DNA of 64,000 nt from a virus. The stretch spans positions 1 to 64,000 of the IMG/VR virus record IMGVR_UViG_3300020463_002440. One strand, written 5' to 3'. Position 1 is the stretch's first letter; the number at the start of each line of letters is the position of its first letter. The translations under genes and the position numbers were made by a program. This document shows, one piece after another, positions 9,369 through 19,969 of the stretch. The notes under the pieces were generated by a model, which was given only the letters and a program-made list of their open reading frames with translations, was not told where the DNA came from and made no database searches.

Positions 9369-10388
9369 ATGATTGATTTTACCGACCTACAATACGCCCA
9401 GCATTTAGCAGGCCGACTTGATAGATTCAGAATAAGACACACTAACCCTTATAAGATCAATTTTCGTTGTCCGCTATGCGGCGATTCAAAAAAGAGCCGA
9501 ACAAAAGCTCGTGGTTGGCTCCTTGAGAAAGAATCAAGCTTTCACTACTATTGTCATAACTGTGGTGCAAGTCATTCCTTTTCCAACTTTCTCAAGGTAG
9601 TCGACCCTTTATCATATAATGATTACATCGCAGAAAAATTTATCAACAATGCAAATTCATCTCCTAAAACAGAAACATCAACTCTAGATGACACTAAATT
9701 TGAGCAACCAAAATTCTCTCATGGGGAACCACTAAAAAAGTTAAAAAAAATCAGCCAGCTTGAACATTCTCACCCAGTAAAGAAATATATAGATAAAAGG
9801 TCTATTCCTTCTAAGCATCATTATCGACTTTACTTTGCTCCAAAGTTTAAAGAATGGATTAACGGAATTATTCCAAATAAGTTAGAATATGGTAAAGAAG
9901 AGCCTCGCTTAGTTATACCTTTTTTAGACAAAGACCGAAAGTGTTTCGGTGTTTCAGCCAGAGGATTCGATCCTGACGGTCTTAGGTACATTACCATTAT
10001 GTTTGATGAGGTACCTAAAATATTTGGACTCGACAAAGTAAACTTTCAAGAAAAGTATTACGTGGTCGAAGGTGCGTTGGATAGCATGTTTTTATCAAAC
10101 GCTGTTGCCATGGCAGGAGCCGATGGTAATACAAATGCACTTGACCATGTAGGGAATGCTGTCTTTGTCTTTGATGCTGAACCTCGTAATAAAGAGATTC
10201 ACAAAAGAATGGAAAGAATAATTGATAAAGGTCATAGTATTGTAATATGGCCGTCCGATACTCCTGGTAAGGATATCAATGAAATGGTACTCTCAGGCAA
10301 GATATCTTGTGTCGAGAGTTTAATGAGAACAGTAACGTATAAAGGCTTAGAGGCAAAATTGAAATTTCAACAATGGAGAAGGACATAG
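9369..10388 (+). CDS. DNA primase (T4 gp61-like)
   Basis: RCPLCGDS..CHNC zinc finger; VVEG.LD, FD.EPRN, KDINE TOPRIM motifs. Confidence 0.95.
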   Translation: MIDFTDLQYAQHLAGRLDRFRIRHTNPYKINFRCPLCGDSKKSRTKARGWLLEKESSFHYYCHNCGASHSFSNFLKVVDPLSYNDYIAEKFINNANSSPKTETSTLDDTKFEQPKFSHGEPLKKLKKISQLEHSHPVKKYIDKRSIPSKHHYRLYFAPKFKEWINGIIPNKLEYGKEEPRLVIPFLDKDRKCFGVSARGFDPDGLRYITIMFDEVPKIFGLDKVNFQEKYYVVEGALDSMFLSNAVAMAGADGNTNALDHVGNAVFVFDAEPRNKEIHKRMERIIDKGHSIVIWPSDTPGKDINEMVLSGKISCVESLMRTVTYKGLEAKLKFQQWRRT

Positions 10389-10391
10389 ATA

Positions 10392-11075
10392 ATGAAGGTT
10401 AAATTGATTAGTCATAGCCAATCACCTGAGTACAACGAATCTGCTCAGGACTTAATTGCTTATTGTGCACGAGTAAGTAATCCATCAAATCAAAATAATA
10501 AAGAGACATCTGAAAAACTTTTGAAGTACCTTGCTAAACATAAGCATTGGTCTCCATTTGAAATGGTTAGTGCATGTCTTGAAATTGAAACAACGAGGGA
10601 TATCGCTCGCCAGCTACTAAGGCATCGTAGTCTAAGCTTCCAGGAATTTAGTCAACGTTATGCCGATCCTGTTTCTGATTTGGAACTTATTCCAAGAGAA
10701 GCAAGATTACAAGATCCGAAGAATCGTCAAAATAGTATTTCTATTAATGAAGACGATGAACAACAAAGAAGAATAAATGAAGAATGGCGTATGAAACAAA
10801 TGACTTTCATTAGAGAAGCCAAGAAACTATATAACTGGGCTATTGATAAAGGTATAGCAAAAGAACAAGCAAGAGCCGTATTGCCTGAAGGTAATACTGT
10901 GTCCAGATTATATGCAAATGGTACTTTGAGAAGTTGGATTCATTATATTGAATTACGATCCGCAAATGGAACACAGAAGGAACACATGGACCTTGCGATT
11001 GCGATTGCTAAAGTTATAGCTGAAATTTTTCCTTTATCTGAACAATATATTACAAATGAACAAGGAGAACATTAA
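10392..11075 (+). CDS. thyX: Flavin-dependent thymidylate synthase
   Basis: HWSPFE; RHRSLSFQEFSQRY ThyX motif. Confidence 0.95.
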   Translation: MKVKLISHSQSPEYNESAQDLIAYCARVSNPSNQNNKETSEKLLKYLAKHKHWSPFEMVSACLEIETTRDIARQLLRHRSLSFQEFSQRYADPVSDLELIPREARLQDPKNRQNSISINEDDEQQRRINEEWRMKQMTFIREAKKLYNWAIDKGIAKEQARAVLPEGNTVSRLYANGTLRSWIHYIELRSANGTQKEHMDLAIAIAKVIAEIFPLSEQYITNEQGEH

Positions 11076-12866
11076 ATGCAGCACTTAGGAATTGACATTG
11101 ATAAGAAGAGAGATAAAATATTAGGAGAGCAGTCATTTAAACTGTTAAAAGATTATTATTGTAGAGACGATGAGAAAACACCACAGATGGCATTTGCCCG
11201 AGCAGCGGTAGCTTTTTGTGGTAACAACATTGGACTAGCTCAAAGAATTTATGACTATGTATCAAAAGGTTGGTTTATGTATTCATCTCCTGTATTATCA
11301 AATGCACCGCTTAAAGGAGAAGAAGTAAAAGCATTACCTATTAGTTGTTTCCTAACTTATGTACCTGATACACTTGATGGATTAATTGACCATACAGCAG
11401 AGTTAAGATGGTTATCCGTTAAAGGTGGCGGAGTAGGTGGTCATTGGTCAGACATAAGAGCGGTATCAAAGAAAGCACCTGGGCCAATGCCATTCTTACA
11501 TACTGTTGACGCTGATATGGTCGCTTATCGTCAAGGCAGGACACGTAAAGGATCTTATGCTGCATATATGGATATTGACCATCCTGATATTGTAGAGTTC
11601 ATTAATATGAGGATTCCTACAGGAGATGTAAATCGAAAGAATTTAAATCTTCATCATGCTGTTAATTTATCTGATAAGTTTATGGAAGCAGTAAGAGATG
11701 GTAAGCAATGGGGTTTATTAGATCCAAATGATAAGTCGGTTCGTGAAATGACTGATGCTCGTAAACTATGGGAGTTAATATTAGAAACAAGGTATCGTAC
11801 TGGTGAACCTTATGTTAACTTTATTGATACGGCAAACAGAGCATTACCTCAAGCTCAGAAAGATTTAGGTCTTAATATAAAAGGATCTAACCTATGTAAT
11901 GAAATTCATTTAGTGACCAATGAAGAAAGAACAGCAGTATGTTGTTTATCTTCCGTCAATTTAGAAATGTATGACGACTGGAAAGATACAACCATGGTTA
12001 AAGACCTTATTGTATTCCTAGACAATGTATTACAATTCTTCATTGATAATGCAGGAGATGAGATCTCAAAGGCTCGTTATTCTGCACAACAAGAAAGATC
12101 ATTAGGTTTAGGAGCGATGGGATTACATTCCTATTTCCAAAAACATTTAATTGCATTTAATAGTCAAGAGGCTATTGATAAAAACGAGGAAATATTTTCT
12201 CACATAAAAGCAAAGTCAGTTGAAGCAACTTTACAGATGGGTAATCGACGTGGTGAAGCACCAGATATGATTGGCACAGGCCGTCGTAATGCTCATATGT
12301 TAGCAATTGCTCCAAATGCAAACAGTTCTATGATTGTAAATACCTCACCATCAATTGAACCATGGAAGGCAAATGCATTTACTTCAAGAACAAGGGTGGG
12401 TAGCCACCTAAATAAAAATCCATATCTGAAAAAGGTATTAGGAGATCTTGACAAAGACACTGAAGAAGTGTGGTCAATTATAATTACAAATGGAGGATCA
12501 GTTCAGGGTCTAGACTTCTTAGATGATCATTTAAAGGAAGTATTTAAGACGGCAATAGAATTGGATCAGCATGTATTAATCCGCTTAGCAGGAGACCGAC
12601 AAAAGTATTTATGTCAAGGACAATCATTAAACATCTTTTTCCCAGCAGGAGCTGATAAGAGGTACTTACATACAGTACACTATCAAGCATGGGCAGAAGG
12701 ATGTAAAGGATTATATTATTTAAGAACAGAATCTTCTAACAAGGCAGAAAACGTATCTCAAAAAGTAGAACGCGAAAAGTTAGATGATATTATTAACCCA
12801 GACTCAATAAAGTTCAGCAACGGCTCGGAGGAACAACAAGATGAGTGCATCGCCTGCGAAGGATAA
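11076..12866 (+). CDS. nrdA: Class Ia ribonucleotide reductase alpha subunit (no ATP cone)
   Basis: PISCF, SNLCNEI, IAPNA, GLYYLR, C-terminal CIACEG. Confidence 0.95.
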   Translation: MQHLGIDIDKKRDKILGEQSFKLLKDYYCRDDEKTPQMAFARAAVAFCGNNIGLAQRIYDYVSKGWFMYSSPVLSNAPLKGEEVKALPISCFLTYVPDTLDGLIDHTAELRWLSVKGGGVGGHWSDIRAVSKKAPGPMPFLHTVDADMVAYRQGRTRKGSYAAYMDIDHPDIVEFINMRIPTGDVNRKNLNLHHAVNLSDKFMEAVRDGKQWGLLDPNDKSVREMTDARKLWELILETRYRTGEPYVNFIDTANRALPQAQKDLGLNIKGSNLCNEIHLVTNEERTAVCCLSSVNLEMYDDWKDTTMVKDLIVFLDNVLQFFIDNAGDEISKARYSAQQERSLGLGAMGLHSYFQKHLIAFNSQEAIDKNEEIFSHIKAKSVEATLQMGNRRGEAPDMIGTGRRNAHMLAIAPNANSSMIVNTSPSIEPWKANAFTSRTRVGSHLNKNPYLKKVLGDLDKDTEEVWSIIITNGGSVQGLDFLDDHLKEVFKTAIELDQHVLIRLAGDRQKYLCQGQSLNIFFPAGADKRYLHTVHYQAWAEGCKGLYYLRTESSNKAENVSQKVEREKLDDIINPDSIKFSNGSEEQQDECIACEG

Positions 12867-12888
12867 CGATAAAAAATCAGGAAGAAAA

Positions 12889-14097
12889 ATGGAAGTACTA
12901 ATATACACAAAATCAAACTGCCCCTTTTGTGAAAAGGCAAAAGCTTGGTTTACACAACATGGATTAACATACACACAGGTTGTATTAGACGATGAAGAAC
13001 AAAGATTAGCATTTTACCAAAGAATATCAAATGGTAAAGAAGTAAGATCAGTACCACAGATTTATATAGATGATAAACATATTGGAACGTATAATGATTT
13101 AATGGCAATTTCCAATACATTAATTAAAAAACAAGGCGGTCTTTTAGAGTTCTCAGAAACTTATAAACCGTTTCACTATCCTTGGGCTGTTGAAATTACA
13201 ACAAGGCATGAAAAGGCTCATTGGATTGAAGATGAACTTGACCTATCAGAAGATGTTTCTGATTGGAAAGGTGGTAAGATTACGCCGACTGAAAAAGAAT
13301 ATATTACAAACATCTTAAGATTATTTACGCAATCAGATGTTGCTGTAGGTCAAAACTATTACGATCAATTTATTCCGAAGTTTAAGAATAATGAAATACG
13401 TAATATGTTAGGATCTTTTGCTGCTCGAGAAGGTATTCACCAAAGAGCATATGCATTATTAAATGAAACATTAGGTTTGTCAGACGCTGAATACCACGCA
13501 TTCTTAGAGTATTCTGAAATGGCAGATAAGATTGATTATATGCGTAAAGCAGATCCATCTACATTGCGTGGTCTTGGTCTTTGTTTAGCAAAATCTGTAT
13601 TTAACGAAGGAGTTGCTTTATTTGCTTCTTTCGTTATGCTACTTAACTTTCAGCGTTTCGGTAAAATGAAAGGTATGGGTAAAGTAGTAGAGTGGTCAAT
13701 TCGTGATGAGTCAATTCACGTTGAAGGTATCTCTAAATTATTTAAAGCATTTGTTAAAGAGCACAGCCGTGTTGTTGATGATAGTTTTAAAAAGGAAATC
13801 TACGAAATGTCAAAAGACATTGTAGATCTGGAAGATAAGTTTATCGACCTAGCTTATTCGTTAGGCGCAATCGAAGGCTTGAAAGAATCCGAAGTAAAAG
13901 AATATATAAGGTATATAACTGACAGAAGATTATTACAGCTGGGTATGAAGCCAAACTTCAAGGTTAAGGAAAATCCATTACCTTGGTTAGAATGGGTGCT
14001 GAATGGTGCAGACCATACAAATTTCTTCGAAAATCGTGTAACTGAATATGAAGTTGCTGGTTTAGAAGGAAGTTGGGACGATGCCTACGCTGCTTAA
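12889..14097 (+). CDS. nrdB: Glutaredoxin-NrdB fusion (RNR beta subunit)
   Basis: CPFC..VPQI Grx domain followed by EGIH..Y, RDESIH, NFFE.R..EY. Confidence 0.92.
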   Translation: MEVLIYTKSNCPFCEKAKAWFTQHGLTYTQVVLDDEEQRLAFYQRISNGKEVRSVPQIYIDDKHIGTYNDLMAISNTLIKKQGGLLEFSETYKPFHYPWAVEITTRHEKAHWIEDELDLSEDVSDWKGGKITPTEKEYITNILRLFTQSDVAVGQNYYDQFIPKFKNNEIRNMLGSFAAREGIHQRAYALLNETLGLSDAEYHAFLEYSEMADKIDYMRKADPSTLRGLGLCLAKSVFNEGVALFASFVMLLNFQRFGKMKGMGKVVEWSIRDESIHVEGISKLFKAFVKEHSRVVDDSFKKEIYEMSKDIVDLEDKFIDLAYSLGAIEGLKESEVKEYIRYITDRRLLQLGMKPNFKVKENPLPWLEWVLNGADHTNFFENRVTEYEVAGLEGSWDDAYAA

Positions 14098-14108
14098 GGC
14101 GAAGGACA

Positions 14109-15311
14109 ATGATAAACAAAAAATACTTTCAGGATGTAGTCGACACTCTTAAAGAAGAGGGTAAGTATCGCATCTTTAATGATATAGTAAGAGAGAGGGG
14201 AAACTTTCCTAAGGCTACATGGTACTCAAAATATTCACCAAAGACAATTACTCATTGGTGTTCAAATGATTACCTTGGGCAAGGGCAAAACAAATACGTC
14301 ATAGACGCAATGGAAACTGCACTCAAAAAGACAGGAAGTGGTAGTGGAGGTACACGTAATATAGGCGGTACCTCTCATTATCATGTTACTCTCGAAGCAG
14401 TCATAGCTGATTTACATAAAAAAGAAAAAGGTTTACTTTTTACTTCAGCATATGTTGCTAATGAATGGGCTCTGATTGCTCTTAGTCGTATTGTTCCAAA
14501 TATCTGTTTTATATCCGATAATAAAAATCATGCCTCAATGATTATGGGTATTAAACATTCTCGAGCAGAAAAGATAATTTGGGAACACAATAATATGGAA
14601 CAGTTAGAGAATGCTTGTCAACAGGCAGTTGAGAATAACTTAATTCCATGTATTGTATTTGAATCCGTATATAGTATGGATGGAGATGTTGCACCAATTA
14701 AAAAAGTTTGCGATATAGCAGATAAGTATAACGCAATGACTTATATTGATGAAGTTCATGCAGTAGGACTTTACGGTGACACAGGAGCTGGGTACTGCGA
14801 AAAATTAGGACTCTCAGATAGAGTAGATATTATAAATGGAACATTGGGCAAAGCGTTTGGTTGTCACGGTGGTTATATTACTGGTGATAGTATCGTACTT
14901 GATGCTATACGCAGCGTGGCCTCAGGGTTTATATTTACCACTTCCCTTTCACCTGTAATGTGTGCAGGAGCAATTGCTTCAATACGTTACTTAAAGGAAC
15001 ACAACGAATTACGCGAATCACACCAGGAAAGAGCAAATACATTAAGACAAATGCTTAATGATAATAATATTGAGCTTCATCCAAGCAGTTGCACTCATAT
15101 ATTACCAGTTATGGTTAGAGATGCAAAGAAATGTAAACTTATGTCGGACAAATTATTAAATGACTATGGAATATATGTTCAGCCTATTAATTACCCAACA
15201 GTCGATGTGGGTTCGGAGCGGCTTAGAATTACACCAACACCATTTCACGATGATATTATGATGGATCAATTAATCGTAGGACTTAAGGAGACGTTTAGGG
15301 ATATACAATGA
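14109..15311 (+). CDS. hemA: 5-aminolevulinate synthase (Shemin/C4 pathway)
   Basis: [62 protein letters not shown]. Confidence 0.93.
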   Translation: MINKKYFQDVVDTLKEEGKYRIFNDIVRERGNFPKATWYSKYSPKTITHWCSNDYLGQGQNKYVIDAMETALKKTGSGSGGTRNIGGTSHYHVTLEAVIADLHKKEKGLLFTSAYVANEWALIALSRIVPNICFISDNKNHASMIMGIKHSRAEKIIWEHNNMEQLENACQQAVENNLIPCIVFESVYSMDGDVAPIKKVCDIADKYNAMTYIDEVHAVGLYGDTGAGYCEKLGLSDRVDIINGTLGKAFGCHGGYITGDSIVLDAIRSVASGFIFTTSLSPVMCAGAIASIRYLKEHNELRESHQERANTLRQMLNDNNIELHPSSCTHILPVMVRDAKKCKLMSDKLLNDYGIYVQPINYPTVDVGSERLRITPTPFHDDIMMDQLIVGLKETFRDIQ

Positions 15312-15913
15312 CAATGAATAAAGTGTACCCGGCGTTCAGTACACCGATATATAAAGATTACATAAACTTAAATAAAGATATATTAAATCCAGTTTTAAGA
15401 AACATTGATTTTAAAAGAATTAATACTAATGATAGATTTCATTCAGCAGATTATAAAATATTAGATAATGATTTAAATTTTTTAAAGCAACTCATAGTTG
15501 AAAAGATAAAAGAATATAGCCAAAACTATTTGGGTTTAGTAGAAAGGCATAAAATAGTAATAACAGATAGTTGGGTTATGAAACATACTTCAGGAGATAG
15601 TTCTGAAATACATTGGCATCCTAATAGTATTATATCAGGTTGCTTGTATTTACAAACAGATCCGAAGAGTGGTAATATTTGTTTCTTTAGAGAAAAAAGT
15701 TTATTTAACGATGTACTTGATTTTGAAACTACAGAGAGTGAATTTAATAAAAAAGAAGTACAAGTTGCACCAACTGATGGAATGATTATATTATTTCCGT
15801 CTACATTAAAACATGGAGTAAATCCATCAAGAAGTGATATACCGCGTTTTTGTCTCGCGTTTAACACTTGGATAGAAGGGGAATTAGATCCACCTTTTAG
15901 GAGTAAAACATGA
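15308..15913 (+). CDS. 2OG-Fe(II) oxygenase-like protein
   Basis: HWHPNS..SG..YL; ILFPS.LKH.V; R...AFN. Confidence 0.75.
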   Translation: MTMNKVYPAFSTPIYKDYINLNKDILNPVLRNIDFKRINTNDRFHSADYKILDNDLNFLKQLIVEKIKEYSQNYLGLVERHKIVITDSWVMKHTSGDSSEIHWHPNSIISGCLYLQTDPKSGNICFFREKSLFNDVLDFETTESEFNKKEVQVAPTDGMIILFPSTLKHGVNPSRSDIPRFCLAFNTWIEGELDPPFRSKT

Positions 15914-16734
15914 AATGGTTAACACTATTCACGTCTTTAACACTTGCATCTACAGCAGCCTACTTTAGTATTATCGGTTTAATGACAATCTTTAGTGGAG
16001 CAGCCATATCAATTGCTGTAATGACAACTGTATTAGAATTTGGTAAACTTGTATCAGCAGCTTGGCTACACTATGAGTGGGACCGCATAAATAATTTAGT
16101 AAGAGGTTATTTTACAGCAGCAGTGCTTGTATTAATGTTAATTACCTCAATGGGTATCTTTGGATTTTTATCAAAGGCTCATATTGATTCAGCATTAGTA
16201 TCGGACAGTTATAGTTTGGAAGCAAGCATTATTGATACAAGAATAAATGCAGAACAGTCAAAACTCAAAGCTGCACAAGATCGTATTGAAGGTTTAGATT
16301 ACGTACTTGAAACATCAAGACCACAAGATCGTAATTATGTAAATGTCAAACAAACAGAAGAAAGAGAAAGTTTAGCAATAACTATTGACAAAGCAGTAGA
16401 AAGTATTGTAAAATATAACGAACAAAAATTACCAATACAGAGGCAACAGTTAGAACAAGAATCAGAATTAGGACCAGTTAAATATATCGCTGATATGATA
16501 TATGGTTCTGAAGCTAAAGAATATTATGACAATGCAGTAAGATGGGTTATCTTAACAATCATATTTGTGTTTGACCCACTGGCAATTATGCTATTAATTG
16601 TAAGTACCGCAGCGTTTAAAAGAGAGCGTGAAACTCCGGCAACGCCGTTAGTTGACGAAGGTCAAATTATGAATATGGAAATCGAAGAAAAGCGCAACGG
16701 ATTAACAACAACAATTAATAGGAGAAAAATATGA
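15910..16734 (+). CDS. Conserved phage membrane protein
   Basis: Three N-terminal TM helices, coiled coil, FVFDPLA TM helix. Confidence 0.7.
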   Translation: MKWLTLFTSLTLASTAAYFSIIGLMTIFSGAAISIAVMTTVLEFGKLVSAAWLHYEWDRINNLVRGYFTAAVLVLMLITSMGIFGFLSKAHIDSALVSDSYSLEASIIDTRINAEQSKLKAAQDRIEGLDYVLETSRPQDRNYVNVKQTEERESLAITIDKAVESIVKYNEQKLPIQRQQLEQESELGPVKYIADMIYGSEAKEYYDNAVRWVILTIIFVFDPLAIMLLIVSTAAFKRERETPATPLVDEGQIMNMEIEEKRNGLTTTINRRKI

Positions 16735-17147
16735 GTATTAAAAAATTAGGTTGGATGGCTTTGGGATTTGTATCACTAGGTGTTGCATATATTGGAGTAG
16801 TACTTCCTGGTATACCTTTTAGTATTCCTGCCGTATTTGCTGCTTATTGTTTCGCAAAGAGTTCTGATAGAATGCATACATGGTTATATAATCATAAACT
16901 ATTTGGACCTTTTTTAACAAACTGGGAAACAAAGAAAGTATTTCCACAAAAAGCAAAATATGCTATGATAGGATTTATGGCCTTTGCATTAATCTTAATG
17001 TGGTTTACAACAGGTAACATTAAAGCAATGTTGTATTCAGGTACATTTATGGCTCTAGGTGCATTATGGGGTTGGCAATATCCTAATTCACCAGAAGAAT
17101 ATGACAGGCGTATTAAGGCCGGAGAAAAAATAGGATTATTTAAGTAA
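16731..17147 (+). CDS. ybaN: YbaN/DUF454 family inner-membrane protein
   Basis: IGVVLPG.P....AAYCFAKSS.R.H.WL..H.LFGP...NW. Confidence 0.8.
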   Translation: MSIKKLGWMALGFVSLGVAYIGVVLPGIPFSIPAVFAAYCFAKSSDRMHTWLYNHKLFGPFLTNWETKKVFPQKAKYAMIGFMAFALILMWFTTGNIKAMLYSGTFMALGALWGWQYPNSPEEYDRRIKAGEKIGLFK

Positions 17148-17422
17148 TGTCGAAACGAGACGACAATGAAATGCCATTTGATGATGATGGTCGTATAGAT
17201 TTAGAAAGGTGGAAAAGAATTAATGCCTTTGTAAATATGCTACACGACATGCATTATATGAATCAGCAGGAGAAGGCAAAACAGTTTCGTACTATACGAA
17301 ACAAATATCTTCAAGAGTTGGATATGGTTGACACAGTCGTCGATATGATGGAAGAATATCCTGAAGCCGAATTGATAATAAATAAGATCCTAAGAAGGTT
17401 AGATAATGACAAAAAATACTGA
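17147..17422 (+). CDS. Hypothetical protein
   Basis: 91 aa, translationally coupled. Confidence 0.55.
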   Translation: MSKRDDNEMPFDDDGRIDLERWKRINAFVNMLHDMHYMNQQEKAKQFRTIRNKYLQELDMVDTVVDMMEEYPEAELIINKILRRLDNDKKY

Positions 17423-17600
17423 TTGCACTTACGAGGAAGCAACTCCTGAGGCAATAGAAAAATGGCATAAAGAAGACTATTGGATGCGTATGGATTATAA
17501 TCCATTAGTTATGTTTGTAGTCATTCCAACAATCATTCAATTACTTGCGTTCTTACTTATGGGTGGAGTGATGCTTATGAATAGTTATTTCTTCGGATGA
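17406..17600 (+). CDS. Small membrane protein
   Basis: 64 aa, C-terminal TM helix. Confidence 0.55.
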   Translation: MTKNTDCTYEEATPEAIEKWHKEDYWMRMDYNPLVMFVVIPTIIQLLAFLLMGGVMLMNSYFFG

Positions 17601-17761
17601 TAAAAGAAGTACTTAAAGCATTAGTAGGAGTAGGTAGACCACCTGAAACTCCATTTGAGCCGAGTCCTAAGAATATACTTATATTCGCTATTTTATTATT
17701 GTTATGTTTTCTTGGAACAGTAACAGGTGCATTATTTTTAACAAGTTTAGTATTGAGGTAA
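17597..17761 (+). CDS. Small membrane protein (not in ORF track)
   Basis: MIKEVLKALVGVGR...54 aa, ATGA overlap, one TM helix. Confidence 0.55.
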   Translation: MIKEVLKALVGVGRPPETPFEPSPKNILIFAILLLLCFLGTVTGALFLTSLVLR

Positions 17762-17764
17762 TAT

Positions 17765-17941
17765 ATGACTATGATTTATGAAAGTCCTGATAAAGGCAAA
17801 ACAGTTTACGAAAGGCCGTTTGGCGCGCCTTTGAGTGAACGCAAATTGGTTAAACAAGAACCAAGTGCAGTAGAAGATGCAGCTAATGCTATGGCACAGG
17901 CAGCATATAACGATAAATTACGAAAAGAAAAGTTACGCTAA
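17765..17941 (+). CDS. Small hypothetical protein (not in ORF track)
   Basis: MTMIYESPDKGKTVYERPFG, 58 aa, GAGG RBS. Confidence 0.6.
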   Translation: MTMIYESPDKGKTVYERPFGAPLSERKLVKQEPSAVEDAANAMAQAAYNDKLRKEKLR

Positions 17942-17952
17942 TAGAGGTAAAT

Positions 17953-18282
17953 ATGAAAAGTGATTATGTAATAATTGATACAGTATCAATGTTTAAACAA
18001 AGATACATAGTACCTAGAGAAGAGGTACAAAGGTGGAATGAAGAAATTAAGTTAACTGATAAGCTTGCAAAGCAGTGGGCTCAGGAATCAGTTGAAGCAG
18101 AAGAAATAAAAGAATTCAGTCAACGATGGTTGGGTGAAACTGTTTCTAATGTAGATTTTGCTGATACTGAAAAAGTACTTAAATTATTCAAAGAAGATAA
18201 TGAACAATTATCTGAAGAATGGACTCAGGCAAAACAGCTTGACTACATTAACGACTGGAAAGATAAGACACCAAAAGAGTGA
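17953..18282 (+). CDS. Hypothetical protein
   Basis: 109 aa, GAGG RBS. Confidence 0.6.
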   Translation: MKSDYVIIDTVSMFKQRYIVPREEVQRWNEEIKLTDKLAKQWAQESVEAEEIKEFSQRWLGETVSNVDFADTEKVLKLFKEDNEQLSEEWTQAKQLDYINDWKDKTPKE

Positions 18283-18518
18283 TATACATTTATGGAACTA
18301 GGTCTTGCACATTCTGTGACAAGGCTAAAGTGATGGCAACCGATTACTATGGAGGATATAAATTCCTTGACATCGGCATCACAATGTATTATAATAAACT
18401 AATAGAGCAAGATATAAGTACAAACGTACTACCTCAGATCTTTGAGGACAAGCGGTACATTGGTACATACTATGACTTTATGAAAGAAAAACAGACTAAA
18501 CTGAGAGGAACATGTTAA
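18279..18518 (+). CDS. Glutaredoxin-like protein
   Basis: CTFC, LPQIF, YIGTY. Confidence 0.75.
   Translation: MIYIYGTRSCTFCDKAKVMATDYYGGYKFLDIGITMYYNKLIEQDISTNVLPQIFEDKRYIGTYYDFMKEKQTKLRGTC
18367..18395 (+). promoter_or_regulatory. Sigma70-type promoter inside the glutaredoxin CDS, upstream of glyA
   Basis: TTGACA-N17-TATAAT. Confidence 0.55.
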
Positions 18519-19672
18519 ACGAAGAGATCAATAGGATCTATCAAAAAGAATTGTCAAGACAAAAATTGACAGTAGAACTTATCGCAAGCGAAAACTTTGC
18601 TTCAAAGGCTGTAATGAAATTGTGCGGTTCAGAATTTACAAACAAATATGCAGAAGGTTATCCTGGAGCACGTTATTATAATGGTTGTGAATTCATGGAC
18701 GAAATTGAAACATTGGCAATTAATCAACTTAAAGAAATATACGGATGTGAATTTGCGAATGTTCAACCACATAGTGGAGCAAATGCAAATCTTGCTGTAT
18801 ATAAAGCGTTCTTAAATCCAGGAGATACAATTCTTGGAATGGATTTAGCAAGCGGCGGACATTTAACTCATGGAGCTCCTGTTACAATTTCAGGCAAATG
18901 GTTTAATGCCCATACTTACGGTGTTGACGAAAACGGTTTAATTGATTACGATGAAGTTGCTCGATTAGCACAAGAACACAAACCCGATATGATAGTTGCT
19001 GGTGCAAGTGCATATCCAAGACAAATCAATTGGGTAAAGTTTAGAGCAATAGCTGATTCTGTTGGTGCGTTGTTATTAGTGGACATGGCTCATTATTCTG
19101 GATTGATCGCAGGAGGTGTATATGACAATCCAGTAGAATATGCAGATGTTGTTACTTCAACAACGCACAAAACATTACGAGGACCTCGTGGTGGAATTAT
19201 ATTATGGAACAATCCTGAGTATACAAGAAAGCTAAATGGAGCAATCTTCCCAGGTACTCAAGGCGGACCATTAATGAATATTATCGCAGCTAAGGCCCAA
19301 GCATTTGTCGAAGCAAATACTCGAGACTTTCAATGGTATTCAAAAAAGGTAGTTGAGAACGCAAAAGAATTAGCAAAAGTAATACATAATTCAAAAACAT
19401 TGGAAGTACTAACAGGTGGAACCGATTCACATATTATTCTTGTAAGTTTAGTCAATTCTAAATTAAGTGGTAGAGAAGCTGCTGATATTTTAGAAAAGCA
19501 TCGTATTACTGTAAATAAAAATGGCATACCAAACGATCCTAGAAACTTTAAAGAAACAAGTGGCATACGTATTGGTACAGCAGCAGAAACAACTCGCGGT
19601 ATGACAACAAAAGAATTTGGAAAGTTAGGGCAAAGAATTGTTAAGATACTTGAAGACGAATCACAATGGTAG
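18512..19672 (+). CDS. glyA: Serine hydroxymethyltransferase
   Basis: LIASEN, NKYAEGYPG.RYY, GGHLTHG, STTHKTLRGPRGG, FPGTQGGP. Confidence 0.96.
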   Translation: MLNEEINRIYQKELSRQKLTVELIASENFASKAVMKLCGSEFTNKYAEGYPGARYYNGCEFMDEIETLAINQLKEIYGCEFANVQPHSGANANLAVYKAFLNPGDTILGMDLASGGHLTHGAPVTISGKWFNAHTYGVDENGLIDYDEVARLAQEHKPDMIVAGASAYPRQINWVKFRAIADSVGALLLVDMAHYSGLIAGGVYDNPVEYADVVTSTTHKTLRGPRGGIILWNNPEYTRKLNGAIFPGTQGGPLMNIIAAKAQAFVEANTRDFQWYSKKVVENAKELAKVIHNSKTLEVLTGGTDSHIILVSLVNSKLSGREAADILEKHRITVNKNGIPNDPRNFKETSGIRIGTAAETTRGMTTKEFGKLGQRIVKILEDESQW

Positions 19673-19842
19673 ATATGATAGGCAACTCAAAAAGATGGCA
19701 AGACTCATCTAGTGGTTGGGTTGATACTATGACAAAATCAAAAGAGAACAAAGAAGAGTATCAAGAATATATAAAAACAAGAAACAATCCAATCCCATAT
19801 AGAGATTGGTTAAGAGAGAAAGCAAATGGCATTAAAAAGTAA
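19666..19842 (+). CDS. Small hypothetical protein (not in ORF track)
   Basis: 58 aa, overlaps both neighbours. Confidence 0.5.
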   Translation: MVDMIGNSKRWQDSSSGWVDTMTKSKENKEEYQEYIKTRNNPIPYRDWLREKANGIKK

Positions 19843-19969
19843 CGCATATACATCATCGCATAACGGCATAAGAAAAGGTACGAGTATTGGAGCAAATCCA
19901 AAGAGCAGAGCTACGATGAACAAATCAAAGAAACGTTCATTTAAAAAGTATCGCGGCCAAGGTAAGTGA
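19826..19969 (+). CDS. Small basic peptide ending KKYRGQGK (not in ORF track)
   Basis: 47 aa MALKSNAY...MNKSKKRSFKKYRGQGK. Confidence 0.65.
   Translation: MALKSNAYTSSHNGIRKGTSIGANPKSRATMNKSKKRSFKKYRGQGK

Noticed and set aside
16385-16414. ACTATTGACA...TAAAAT inside the membrane-protein gene
   Set aside because: 18-bp spacer, imperfect -10, and more than 300 nt from the next start; could be chance.
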